NCBI GenBank assembly: GCA_964035545.1
Contig: OZ037768.1
Coordinates: forward strand, 11,502,741-11,566,740
Direction of reading: 5' to 3'
Source of the DNA: Bugula neritina
Lineage: Eukaryota > Animalia > Bryozoa
DNA: 64,000 bases
In this document: in pieces, positions 1 to 55,907 of the stretch
Layout of the letters: each line of letters starts with the position of its first letter
How positions within the stretch are numbered: the first letter of the stretch is position 1
The notes under the pieces: model-generated
The model's database searches: none
What the model was told of the DNA's origin: nothing
The model's input: the letters and a program-made list of their open reading frames with translations, nothing else
Position numbers and translations under genes: made by a program

Positions 1-4277
<4,277 letters not shown>

Positions 4278-4522
4278 GGTGAGTTTAAGCCGTTTGCAAA
4301 AACTTGGTAGATCTAAAAAAAGTTATAATAACTATAATATATCCTTGCCAATTGAAAACAATGCAGTGAGTAAAATTACTATTTATATTTTTAGAATAGC
4401 ACCAGGTCGATTTATAGCATGCATTACATAACAATTGATCACAAAATATAAGCTACGCTTTTGAATTAATATTCATCACAATTTGGAAATTATCATTGTA
4501 ATTATAACCCTTTTTGACTTAC

Positions 4523-4856
4523 CGTATATAGGTGCAGCAAGTTTTTTGTAACTGGCCGCGTAAAAATTGAGTAATATATACACGAGCAACTAATTTACCT
4601 ATAACTTGTTTGGAGCTTAAACTGTTCACGAGTGGTTGGAATCGTTAATACTATAATCTAGTCTATAGCTAGTCTTATCTAGCACTCAATATGTAACTAT
4701 AGCATAAATGACATAGCGTAAAATAACTACATAATGCATGTTACTATTCGGGGAGATAAAGCCTTCGGAGTTGTCTTTTATTTTTAGTCGACGCCGAAAA
4801 GAAACGCTTGAAAACCTAAATAGATAGGAAGATAATTTACTCGCTAGCAAGCAAAG
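4523..4856. promoter_or_regulatory. Putative bidirectional promoter between CHPF and PSMC5
   Basis: Minus-strand donor GTAAGT at 4522 and acceptor TTTTTTAG ending 4313 define a probable CHPF 5'UTR intron; the PSMC5 ATG is at 4857; CpGs are locally enriched. Confidence 0.55.
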
Positions 4857-11806
<6,950 letters not shown>

Positions 11807-11886
11807 ACCCTCTCAATTCTCTGTACAATTTTTTCATGCTTTGTCAATTTATTATCTATGTAACGTATATGTAGAATTAAATACAT

Positions 11887-11933
11887 AATAAAATAAATAT
11901 GTAAACAGGTAATTTTTATTTGTAATGTTTATT
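11887..11933. terminator. Opposed polyadenylation signals for PSMC5 (+) and RIM (-)
   Basis: AATAAA at 11887-11892 and 11892-11897 on plus; TTTATT (AATAAA on minus) at 11915-11920 and 11928-11933; between the two stop codons (11806 and 12337). Confidence 0.5.
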
Positions 11934-12336
11934 AGTTGAAACATAAGTTAGTTAGCTTGAAAATTCTCATAAATGTGTAGCTACTAGAGCATAAAAACCT
12001 TCACATTATTACCATTTTTCAAGGGGTTTGGTTTATAAGTAAAAGTATGGTATCATGTACACACAATGTACATAATAAAAGTAGATTGCTATATATAACA
12101 ATTTGATCTTCCGTAATGTTTACAACATTCAGTTATAGCATGAGAAAATAATGGAGTATCTAAAATATTTGCATTTAAATGCCATTTCTTTAATATCATT
12201 TAATCAGCATCTCATAAAAGTATCTGTATTTATAATAAAATATATCACGGGTATGCAACTCTTAAACGTCAGCTAATCTATACAGCTTTGAAGATGGACA
12301 TTATTTACATCTCTCAGTGAACAAGTTATTTAGAGT

Positions 12337-43773
<31,437 letters not shown>

Positions 43774-45058
43774 TTCTCTGACTGCACAAATTCATGGCAA
43801 GTAATTGGCTTCCCTGAACTGCTAGATGATGTCAGTACTTGAACTACACAAAGCTGTCATGCAATATACAAATGATAAATATTGATTATTATATGAGCAT
43901 GTTTTGCTGTGTTAAAATCAATGGATAGCTACTAAACCGACTGGCTATTCAATGATTACTGCATTTCAAATAGCATCGATTTGGTTTTGTGGCATTCATA
44001 GTAAGGCAACATTTCCAAAAGAAATAAGTTAGATGTCTCTGATTTAATGCAAAACCACTCATTGAGCTTTTTATCTCAAACAATGGCAGGATGGCTTAGG
44101 CCGCAGTACATGCTTTATGAATGATTAGCAAGCTCATACCCAGTGTTTTCTTATACTAGTTGAACACAGTAATTGGTGTACTGCTATAACTTATAAGTGA
44201 CACAGTATGCATACTAGATTTTAAACATTTTGAAACCTTGGAAGCAATTGATAATCTGACAATAATGAATATTGTTCAAATTATTGTGAAAAAAATACTT
44301 ATTCTGCTAAAATCTTTAATTGTTTAGACAGGACATACAGCTGAGCCAACTAATTTCTCAGATGACTGGAGTTTATTGATAGCACCCCATCAACATTTTA
44401 TAGAGCAAAACAACTCCAATTTGTTGATTTTGCTTTCTTGAAATTGTTCAGCGCACGTCATACTTCGAAAAAAAATATGTACAGCTCATGAAAAGCAATA
44501 TGGTTTTCATGAATGTTATAGAGAAAGAGCCCTGAACGTAATATAGCATGCATCTGAGGTTAGGCACCAAAAGACACAGGATATCTTTACATTTGACAGG
44601 AGATCTTAAGTGGTAACAATAACGCCATTGTGTTTTTTAATATCAATTAAAAATTACGAAATCATCTCTTCCCAGTTGCAGACATTCACGCACACATTTG
44701 TAGAATAATCATAATGTTTCAATTTGAAGGTACAATAAATAATTGCGAAATGGCTCAAACAGCGTGGTTGTCCTCTCATTCGCTATCATGGTGAATCGGG
44801 TGCGTAAAAAACAACTACCACGAATAGGGTAGAATAACGGTATAAACGAACAATATTGCTATATAAACTGAGAACCTAGGTTAATTTTTCCACTGATCTC
44901 TTCCACTATTTTCAATCATCTAATCGAAAAGTAGAATGTTGATCGCAATTGCACATACAACGTGATAGAGTGGTTTAACGTTTTAATTTACAATTAATAT
45001 TATTGCCATCGTGGTAAATCAAATAATAAATTTAGATTAAAAGTTCAATATAACTTAC

Positions 45059-45449
45059 GTTCATTATGTTTATTTTATTTTATTGAGTCAAGTGGTTTTT
45101 AAATGTCTTTTGATATGTATTGTGATATTTCTGTTTGTCAAAGGGAAAGTAGTTTTGGATACTCATACTGATACTGATAGTAATACTAATACTCATCAGA
45201 CTCAGTCTGAGTCATCAGGTATCAGATTCAGTGATCAAAGTGAGAGTTCAGACTGAGACTCAGTCATCTAATTGTAAATATAATTTTAATTTAATTTTAA
45301 ATTACCGCCGGCGTCTGTTAGTGTTACAGTGCGAGTGTCAGTGTGAACACTGATACACTTTGACTCTGAGTGTTGCAATTAGGATTACAAATCTTCATCT
45401 TAATCTTTGACTTTCACTTTGGGTTTTGCCATTTACAATCTTGGTCACA
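45059..45449. promoter_or_regulatory. Putative shared promoter region for RIM (-) and DCAF13 (+)
   Basis: Minus-strand GTAAGT donor candidate at 45058, which could splice to the acceptor upstream of the RIM ATG (~43854); DCAF13 ATG at 45450. Confidence 0.35.
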
Positions 45450-48400
45450 ATGAAAGTAAAGGTTATATCTCGAAATCCTGACGAGTATGTGCGAGAGACG
45501 AAGCAGGACATAAACAAAAGTAAGTGTTGGTTAACAATTCTGTTAACTTCAACTTTTGATTACATTTTGATTTTAATTACTATTACATAAATTTACTGTT
45601 GATAGTAATCAGCAAAAGTATATAAAAATGTTATATTAAACTTGATGTGTCTAGCCTGAATCGCCATTACTTCTTAAGATTATTTTTTATTTTAAGTTAG
45701 CCTTGTAGTAGTATAGAATCTAAATAGAATTCAGTATGTCATTAGAATAAAAGTTTACTCTATTTAATATTATAATTTAAGTTTTGTTGTAGTTTTGTAT
45801 AAATTATTTCATAACCCTGTAAACCTGCATCATTAATGTTTTTAGTACAGCGGAATTTTGATCCATCATTGCATCAATTCACGGCTTCTAGAGAGTATGT
45901 GAGAGCTTTAAATGCTACAAAGTTGGAGCGGGTGTTTGCCAAACCTTTCGTAGGATCACTTGATGGACATGGAGATGGCGTCACGGCAATGATAAGTAGT
46001 CCTGTAGGACTTTCAAAAGTTATCTCAGCAGCCTATAATGGCGAGGTGTGTTGTAATATGGCATGATATACTGTATACTGCAAATTTCCTTGGCATAGTT
46101 TGCTCAAAGTTTTTAAAGCTTATAAACATGATTTTCTTAGCTGTATGACTGTTCAACCTACATGTGCATTTATAGATTATAATGTGGGATTTGCCAACTA
46201 GAAAAGCCATTGCAAAAGTCACTGGGCATCATGGCTGGGTCAGAGGTCTTTGTTATCATCCATCTGGTGAATATTTTTTCTCGGTAAGTCAATATGTTAT
46301 TTGTGTCGAAGTCAGTTCGAGATACAGGTAACATAGTAACTATACAAGTCTATGTGAAATATTTACTCTTTTTTTATTCTCTGCGTTACAGACCTTAGTA
46401 TTGGTAAGCACTCTTACAAGTGTGTTATCTTTAAAATAATTTTAGCCTTTTTCTAGGTTTCGCCATTATTACGAATGTTTTTTTTGTGTAATATACTTAC
46501 ATATTATTTAAATTTCTATTTTAAGAAATGAAGTAGACTAATGATGAGCTGTAATATTTTCTTAACCACTGAAAGTATTCGCTATAATAGTATACTATAA
46601 TAGTACAGTGAATCTCTGCAAGTTTTGTTCTTCTCTGCACACAGTGTGAGTGAGTTTTCTGGTTTGCTGTAGTGTGGTGATGATCAAGTGATAAGGCAAT
46701 GGAGGTCAGAGGTTGACTCTTATGAAGGTTTCACCACAGAGCCCACCCGTTCTATCATTTCCAAGGTTAGTAACAGACTGTTAGACTCATGAAGAAAAGC
46801 GTTTTAAGAGTTTCTAATCTATAGCGCTCCATATATGTATATATTTAGTCAGGCATACGTGATTTATTTCCTTTATAATAATCTTAAACAAAAATGTTCT
46901 AGGCTTGTGATTCCAAGTCCAAATATAAAATTTTATACAAGCTACAATAAAAGTTATAAAAAATATTTCTTATTGTTATAGTTGACCGAGCTAGTCAACA
47001 TCTATGCTTTTTAAGGTACATGCGAAATAATTTTGTTGGATGAGTAATGTTTTTACTAGTTGTATATGTTGTAGAGTATATTGTATGGCATGGACCATCA
47101 TTACAAAAACAATGTGTTTGCTACATGTGGCCAGGACACACATATCTGGGATGAACATAGGAATGAGCCAATTAAACGTTTTCAATGGGGTGTTGACAGT
47201 GTTCAGAGTATCAAATTTAACCCCATCGAAGTATGATGGAATTTAGTACTATTTTATATAGTTAACTTTAATTTGTCATCGTTTTTAAAATAATATTTCA
47301 TTATTATTTCTATAATGTTGCTTTTATTGATAAGTGGTAAAATGTAAGAAAACAAAATATGCTAATATATACAATGCTTTAGTGCTATGTTCTCCTTTGT
47401 TGTAGCATAATTTGCTGGCTGCTTGTGCATCAGACAGAAGTGTTATACTTTATGATACGAGGGAGTCACAACCTATGAGAAAGGTTGTGTTGAAGTTCAA
47501 ATCCAATTCCTTATCTTGGAATCCGATGGAAGCTTATCATTTCGTTGTCGCCAATGAAGATTACAAGTGAGTCTTGTGATATAATTGACAATTGTATTTA
47601 GAGTAGTAAAGCATCAAAATGCAATTTGTTTTTCAACTCATTTTAACATTCTAGCATATTAGTAGTTTAATAACCTTTATATACTTAATATGCTACAGAC
47701 CTGAAATTATTTTAATATGACTGTTTTTTTTAATTTTGCTCTAAAAATTCCTACATTATTTCACTCTGGTTTAGCTGATTGGCTGCATCATTTTACTTGA
47801 TGCCAAATTGTTATGCATTTTGATTTATTTCAAAGTAGTTTCTGTCGAGTCGCAAAAGCAAATACTAAATTTCCTTATTTCTCTGTTTTAGTGCCTACAC
47901 ATTTGATTTCCGGGATTTGTCGGCACCCCTTACGTTGCACCGAGGGCACGTCTCAGCAGGTACTAGTTGGCTCCATGTGTAATATAGCTTGAAACGTGCT
48001 GAGTAAATAAAGATTTCATTCCATCGTATTGATTGTGCAAGAGCAGTGCCAATCTCAAGCTGAATGTTTTTTATGCCAATGGAAAAAAACTATATTAAAT
48101 CTTTCAAGTATTTTGCAGAAGTTCAATTTGATATACTCTCATCCAAGGTTGTAGTACTGTAGTATTATATGTCAGGTTCCTAAACATCGTATACGCCTAT
48201 TCAATTCTATAAAGGAAATCACTATAAAATTTGTTTATTATGATGCGACCAAGGGGGTTAAAATCCAGTTATAGTAGATGTAGTTTTTACTTTTGAATGA
48301 CTATTGAAGTCATTGGTTTGCTTTGAATAATAGAAAGTGAGTTGCATTAAAACAAATAAAAATTTTAGTTCTTTACCTGCTGCCCATTTAGAAAAGTTAC

Positions 48401-49854
48401 TTTCAGTAGTCAGGTAACTCATTGTGGTGTAAAGTATTATGGAAACTTGTCCATTACACTGCTAACTCAGTAACTCGACCCTCACTTTTTATAGTATACT
48501 CCATTTTACTAATATCTTTTGGGTATTATGGAAGTTGGATGTTTGTAAAGCATACTCCACTTCCCTTTTGTATTTCTACTTTAGTGTTGGATGTGGACTA
48601 CTCACCTACTGGTAAGGAGTTTGTCACGGGAGGTTTTGATAGAACTATTAGGATATTTGATCAAGAGCAAAAGTTCAGTAAGGAGGTATATCATACCAAG
48701 AGAATGCAGCTAGTCAAGTGTGTAAGATGGAGTAAAGATAACAAGTACATCCTGTCTGGCAGTGACGAAACCAACATCAGAGTGTGGAAGTCTAGACCAG
48801 CAGAAAAGATTGGTGTCGTACGTTGACAACTTTTAAATTATGTTGTATCTTTTTGTGATGGCAATTATCGAGACAGATGTGATTGTGCTGTGGTTGGTTA
48901 AATGCAAGTGTCTACCGAGATAAAAACTCACTTGGAGAGAATGATAATAAAGTTAGGCAAAATTTTACAATGCAGACCTTGCCCAACTAAAGCATGTTGA
49001 GGCAAAGAGGGATATGCTTTCATCAGGCAAAATAGGGTTTCATTTTTAGAAAGTCAAATTTAATTTACTATTTCAATAATTTTAAATAATTATTGAAAAT
49101 TTGTTGACTATTTACAGATACTCAATATAATTGTTTATTATAATTGTTTTTTGCGAATCAAGTTTGCTACTTTATTATTTGTTAATTTATTATTTTGGTC
49201 AAAGTTATTATCTTTTAGCACTTGATCATCTTAAGAAAGTCAATTATCATCACTTTTTATATCCCCGGAAGTTATAAAAGAAAAACTTCCTATTGATAGT
49301 TTGTGGTACCATGCCTTGGTTACATCAAAGTTGTCACTAAAGAAAGGCAGCATTTTTGTTTATTGGTATTGAATGTCTTTTGGCAGGTACATCCCAGAAT
49401 GAAACATGCCCTAAACTATGGCGAGACGTTGAAAGAGAGGTTTGAAGAGTTCCCACAGATAAAGAGAATAGCCAAGCATCGCCATGTTCCCTACAGAATA
49501 TTCAGACAGCAGATTGAGTTGAAAACCATCATGAAATCTCAGTCTAGGAAGTAAGAGTTTCTACTAAACTGTGACTAATTTGCCATAATAGTGTTGCTTA
49601 TTTATACTGAATCTAATTGTAGTAATGGTTAAGCATGTGATCAATTTATGCTGGGCTCTGTGGGAGATATAAATATTCTGGAATATGTGATTCAGAATTA
49701 TGTTATGCACCAACTTCAACAAACAGTAAAACAGTTTTAATCAAATACTTGTGATCTTTGCAGGGAACGGAATAAGGCTGCCAATGCTAAACGTGGTCAT
49801 AAGGTAGAGATCAAGAAAGCCATCGACAAGGTGGTATTGAGAGAAGATGAATAA
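45450..49854 (+). CDS. DCAF13: DDB1- and CUL4-associated factor 13 / Sof1 (WD40 SSU processome protein)
   Basis: Exons 45450-45519, 45846-46045, 46176-46283, 46673-46765, 47075-47230, 47406-47566, 47892-47959, 48585-48817, 49387-49550, 49764-49854. Motifs MKVKVISRNPDEYVRET, REYVRALNATKLERVFAKPF, WNPMEAYHFVVANEDYN, VLDVDYSPTGKEFVTG, YHTKRMQ, RIAKHRHVP (Sof1 domain). Confidence 0.97.
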
Positions 49855-51294
49855 AAGTAGACCCTCTATGTTTAGGTGTAAATATTTAAGTGCCAATTAA
49901 CGGTTCTCATTCATTACAATGCCATTTACAGGAACAATTTGTAAAACTAAAATATGATTAACACTTGAAGTGGGTTGGCGCAACAAGGCTTGTATGTTAG
50001 CTAGGAGAAATATATGGCATGCTTTATGGTAATTGATACACTTGCATTTGAGCTGGGTACATTATGTTTTCTCTGCAATTATGTTCCATTCTTCAATTTA
50101 AGTATCAACAAGTTTTAATTGAAATTTTATGGACTAGGAACTAAAAACCATCATGGTTTAAATGTTCTGATTTTGATTATGGCGGATTTTGTGCATTTTA
50201 TCCATCAGCCGTTGAGTCAATGCTGAAAGTTTATGTTGAATTTTCCACCTTACTGTTTTTCGTTCCTTTTTTGGAGGTTGGTTATTTGTCACCAGATTTT
50301 GTCAAATGTGTACATATATCTATTTTCACATTTTGAGCATACATTGTGTCACTGGATTAAGGAATATCAATAAATAAACTGTGATTTTCCAATTATGTCT
50401 TGTGAATTTTAAAATTGAAACGCTGAACAACTGTTTTTGTTTTCCTTTTAAGTTAGCTGAAAAACTTTTGCTTATATCAAATTCTAAGCTCGTGATAGCA
50501 GACTGTAATGATTTTGAACAATTATTGTAATAAATTGAGAATTTTCAAATTTGAAATAATTAAACCAAACATCAGGAGTATAATAATTATTTTAGAATAT
50601 AAAAATAGAAAAACATAAATGGCGGTTTAGATTAATTGAAATAACTAAGTTTGAATTCAAAATGGTTAGGTTGGGTTGCTAAACATTATATATCTCTTTA
50701 TCTCTCTTGCAGCATACATGTAATGAAAGATGTATAAAATAATATGTTTAATAATAATAATCGAGTTTAATATAAATTATAATAAGTATTATTTGAATTT
50801 ATTTATCAGAATTATCCCTTCTAAGTTCTAATATTCCAATAGGCTTGATTACGCCTAGTGGCATTGGATTGTCTGCTGTAAAAACAGACCTCTCCTGATT
50901 GAGAATATTATATTGGAGGCGTCGAATGAACGTAAAAATGTTGTTTTACTCTGTTTCTATAACGCGGCCTTAGCTCAGTCTAACACATATAGCCTTAGAT
51001 CAAGTTAATTTTGTGTAAGTGAATGACGCCATCATACTTATAAAGGTAAAGTATATTGATATACTTAATCTACAGGCGTTGTTACAGTAAAAACCGGAAA
51101 CTTTTAAACTCAAAATTAGAGCATAATTATTACTTATTTATATTTATATTATACACTTTTGCAATTGCTCAAATCAATAAATTACTTATTACATTAGTAT
51201 TACTTAAATTGGGGTAAATTAATAATTTAAAACTACTAGCATTGATCAACATGTTACTAGTGTGAGAAAAATATTTTAGTGAGCAATTCTGTTG

Positions 51295-52520
51295 TGCATT
51301 AGTACCAGTATGAGTATCAGTATGAGTATGAGTATCAGTGTGACTCTGACTGTGAGTATGAGTATGTCTATTTTAAATTTGCTTTAATAGTTAATACCAC
51401 TGAGCTGGAATAGACCTGGAATAGTTAATAATTATTGAGTTCATTGGTTAATACTAATAGTAATACTCTAATAGTATTAGTAATACTAATACCCAAGGCT
51501 AAGAGCTAACTCTAAAGTCTAAGGCCTAAGGGCTAAGGCTAAAGTTGAAAGTTAAACTTAAAAGTTGAACTTGAAGTTGAGGTGACACTGACAGACAACT
51601 TAAAGTAAAAATTGAAAAGATCCTACAAACTCAAACTGAAACTCAAATTGAATGCAAAATAAAAACTGCAAAAAGACAAATTTAATTTGAAATACAATTT
51701 GAATTTTAAAAAGCATAATCATAATGTAAATAAATAAATACTGAAAGTATATTAAAGTAGTGAAACTGAATAGTAATCACTAATCAATATAAATGAGTAT
51801 GAAATTGAATATCATATTGATATTTAGATTAATCATCATTATGATATTTTTAAATATCATAATGATGATGTTGATGATGATGATAATTTGTGATTATTTG
51901 CAAAATTATATTAATATTATTGATGATCTTAATGATAATAAACAAATACTGATTTTTAATTCGATATAATATTATACTGAATCTACTGACTACTACTACT
52001 ACTACCACCATCACCACCACTACCATTACTAGATTAAGATTAACTCAATATGAATATAAATATTCAATTTCATATTGCTATAATTAATTATAGTATTAGT
52101 AGAACTCTAACTTATAAGTTATAAGTATTAGTATTGCCATTGCTCTTTGGTATTACCATTATACCTAGTGGCTAGTAGTAGTATTATTATTACTAATATT
52201 AATATTAGTATTACAGTATTAGTATTAGTAATACTATTACTGTTGCAGTATTAGGAGTATTACTATTACTATGACGCTTACTGTATAACTATAAGTATTG
52301 CAGTATGGATATTAGTGATTAATAATTAGACTTAAGTTATCGTTAGAATTATTGATAGTGAAACTCTTTGTATCTACCATAAGTATGAGTTATATACTTT
52401 ATTAGTATAATTATAAATGTAACCTAAACTAAAACTATCGCTGCCAATATTAGTATTACTCATACTCATAGTATGAGTAATAATGGTAGTGATATGACAG
52501 TGATAGTATAATTATTAGTA
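51295..52520. repeat. Cryptic low-complexity zone with 6-bp periodicity and short perfect palindromes
   Basis: (AGTATG), (CTAAGG) and (TATTAG)-type units; palindromes at 51832-51869, 52108-52121 and 52454-52482. Confidence 0.7.
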
Positions 52521-52901
52521 AAGTTTTTAAACACTCATTTGAGATTTACTTTCAAGCTCAAATAGTGGTATATTATGTAATAGTGCCTGAGCTAAAGATG
52601 AAGAGCGCAGTTTGCTGTACAAAACCAAAGGACATTTTTATTCAAATGAATAATTTGTACGATATAAACATATATGCCATGTATGTGCTGCAGAGTTTAA
52701 ACTTGAAATAAAAATAGGTGTGGGTAGCTGTAAAAACTATCTCTTTCACATCTCACTTATTGTAAACTATTACACCCAGTAGTTCTTTATATATTAATGA
52801 ACTGTAACTATAAGTATAGACTATAAAGTTTTGAACACTATCAGTTGTAGTAGTTGCAATAAAACTTTTCATTTAAGCAACTTTCTGATAGTTGAGATTA
52901 A

Positions 52902-53281
52902 AGGGCTGGCCTCACGCTCATGAGAATCACACGAAACTCGTGTGACGATTTTCGTGAGTTATCCTCTCGTTATGACTAGCCACCCTCTCGCCTGACGAAA
53001 CACATAATAAATAGTCAGTGAATGAGTCTTGCACGAGATACAAACAGCAGAAAATTGCCAAACAGAGAAGCGTGATAGAAATTAAATAATCACTGTTGCT
53101 AAAATTCTATTTACCAATCAAATGGTGCATATCGTTGATTGTGATTTTTCGTCCATCGTCTTCGTTGTGTACACCCAACAAAGACGATTTCGTTTGAATT
53201 CCCTCAAATTTTCTCGTACAATTATTTTTTCATGTCAAATAGACAATTTCGTGTGATTCTTACGAATGTGTGGCCAGGCCT
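52902..53281. mobile_element. Non-autonomous DNA transposon (MITE), ~380 bp
   Basis: Imperfect ~35-bp TIRs: AGGGCTGGCCTCACGCTCATGAGAATCACACGAAA versus reverse complement of the right end AGGCCTGGCCACACATTCGTAAGAATCACACGAAA. Flanks TTAA and TTAG, compatible with a PIF/Harbinger TWA or Kolobok TTAA target site. No ORF. Confidence 0.8.
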
Positions 53282-55907
53282 TTAGTTAGGTTGTGGAATG
53301 GCAACTTAAACACAGTTTAAAGGATTATTAAAGCAGTCTTCTACTTTTAAAATGTTTTTTTTCTCGTGTAATTAAGTGAAAGTTCAAATACCCTTGTGGA
53401 GTTTCATTCAGCAGCATACTAAAAGTTGTGCTAAAAGTTCACAATTTTGGTGGTTTAAAAAGGGTTTCGTACCAAAACTTTTCAAAATTGGCATGCTTAA
53501 TTCACACTCTAAAACAACACAGTTTTAGACAGACTATTTTCGTATAAGATATCAGAAAATGCTAAAACTACTGAAATTTCATATGATAGTATACAAATCA
53601 GGTGCTTTTACTAGGAACATTTTTTACAGTGCAAACTAGTTATACTCAGATTTAGTTATTTAGAGTATCTATGTTTTATGCTGAAGGATTAGGTTTTGAT
53701 TTGCAGTTTTAAAAGTTTATTTTGAAATAAGTAATGTTTTAAAATTGAATGAATGAAAGTTTAATTAAAGTTATTAATAAATAATAATTATATAAATTTC
53801 AGTGTAAATGTTTGTCTTACTTGATAACTACTTTTTGCAATTAATTATAATACTCGGTAGTTGCACTTAATCTTATAAATACTTTTATTTGATTCTTCTT
53901 TGTCAAGGAAAATTAAATTACCCTACTGAATATACATTAACAAAGAATAGCTTTTTCAATTTGCAACATTTACGTTACTGATATTCTGCTACTGTTTACT
54001 TGAACTTTATTACTATAATGTGGCATTAGTACATGAAATTATTTTCTGTAATTTGTATTCTCAGTTCGCATACTATCCCATGGATAGGCAATGTGAAGTC
54101 TACAGAGCACTCGTGATTATTTGTCAGCAACATTTTACAACTTATTACACATGTTTTTCTCCATGTCAATTATTTACTCCTTAATCTGTTTAAAAAAAAT
54201 TGCTGATGAAAGCTTTATATAGTACCTGTTTTTCATAGTATTTTCAAAATGACTTTTCTCAAAGAGTAACTGCTACTTTCTAGTTTAGATCAGAACTATT
54301 GCCTTCTTGTGTAAGTGGGGTATAGTTGCTTTAAATGCCGCATTTGAAATAATGTTATCTGTACAACAAACAGATCTAAATGAAAAATTGCACATGATCA
54401 TGTTTCCTAGAAGAGCACATAAATTAATTCTTGGGTTTTGTTTTTAATCATTTTTTTAATTCAAATATCTTTTCTTTTGGATTTATTGGTTGTTAATTGG
54501 CCAAGTAGATCAACTTTACTAGATTGTCATATCCAAAATCTACTTTAGTTATTTACATAATGTCTGAAAATTTAACATGTGTTTTTCAAGAAGAACTTAG
54601 GGCTGAATAAAATTGGTAATCTGAACATTACTTTATAAACATTGTGTAAGGTAACATTTTGTGTCTAATGATGCCCATCAGTGTTTATGAACAGTCTAAT
54701 TAGTGGTAACATCAGTGAAGCGTAATTTTTGCCACATATGTCATCTGTTTCATCACAATTTCACTGTGAGTTCCTGAAACATTATGTCAAACAATAAATT
54801 GGAAAGTAGGCACAATAAGGCAAGCATGAGTTTTTGGTACCAATTTTCATGAATCAAATTATTCGGTTGTTTTAAGGAAAATATTTTTAAATTGTTTGAT
54901 TGTAATTGATAAGTATTAGAATAATTAGGTCTTGTCAGTAAACTGCCTAAATAATTTCGGAATGAAGCCTTTTCTAATTTCAGAAATGTGCAATGAGCTA
55001 AGCGTTTCTGCGCCAACCATAATTTACTCTCGGCTGAGAGACAACTTCGCATTGGTAACCGACTGAAATACTGCACACTGTTTTATTGGTGTTGTGCAAC
55101 AATATGTCTCAGTAGCACAGCTGCTCACTTTCATAAAATAGTTCGGTTAGTCACCTTCTTTCAACAGCTGTTGGGTAGTCTAAGCAGTTACTGGCTGCCT
55201 TCTTTTAATACTTAAGTACTATATTACTGTAAATTCTATTGATTATAATATTATGTAGTATTAAGGTGCAAATTCTTTACAATATTTGCTGATAGTTTCT
55301 ATAATCTATATTTAGTAACTAAAGTGATAGACTTATTGTAGAATTATGTCTTGTGTGATTTTAACTTAGTAAAGGCTATTTTGCACAAAAAGAGTTTTAT
55401 CAAAACCTGATTATTATTTTAGAGTGAAGTCTCATTTTAACTAGTATTCAGTTTCAAAACTAAATTGTTGAAATCTGATAGTCATGAAATATGTCAATAC
55501 TAATTAATTTCAATTCATTAAACTGGTTGCATTGGGTTGCCTACAGAGCCTCTATTTTTCACTTTCGATTGCCTAAAATATTTTAGACTTGCTACTAGGG
55601 ATTGATTGAACAGCAGGCATGTTCTCTAGCCCGTAACTATACACACTTGAAATCAAAGTGTTTTTTTCTAGTAAAAGTTGTAATGAGTAATAAATTTATT
55701 TCTTGTTTTTCTTACCTTTTTGCTCAAGTTTATTTTTTTGAAAAGACACCATTTTCATTGTCAACCAATATGCAAGCATAATATTAGACTGTCTCTGACT
55801 GGTTGTTTACCATTTTTTCACCATATTCGTATTTATTTAACTTGGTATTTAATGTTGTAGAATATTAACTGCTCAGATCAGTTGTATATGGTTCAAAGCA
55901 CAGAATC

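Noticed and set aside
46541-46572. Box C/D snoRNA candidate (ATGATGA...CTGA) in a DCAF13 intron
   Set aside because: Only ~32 nt, with no terminal stem or recognisable rRNA guide.
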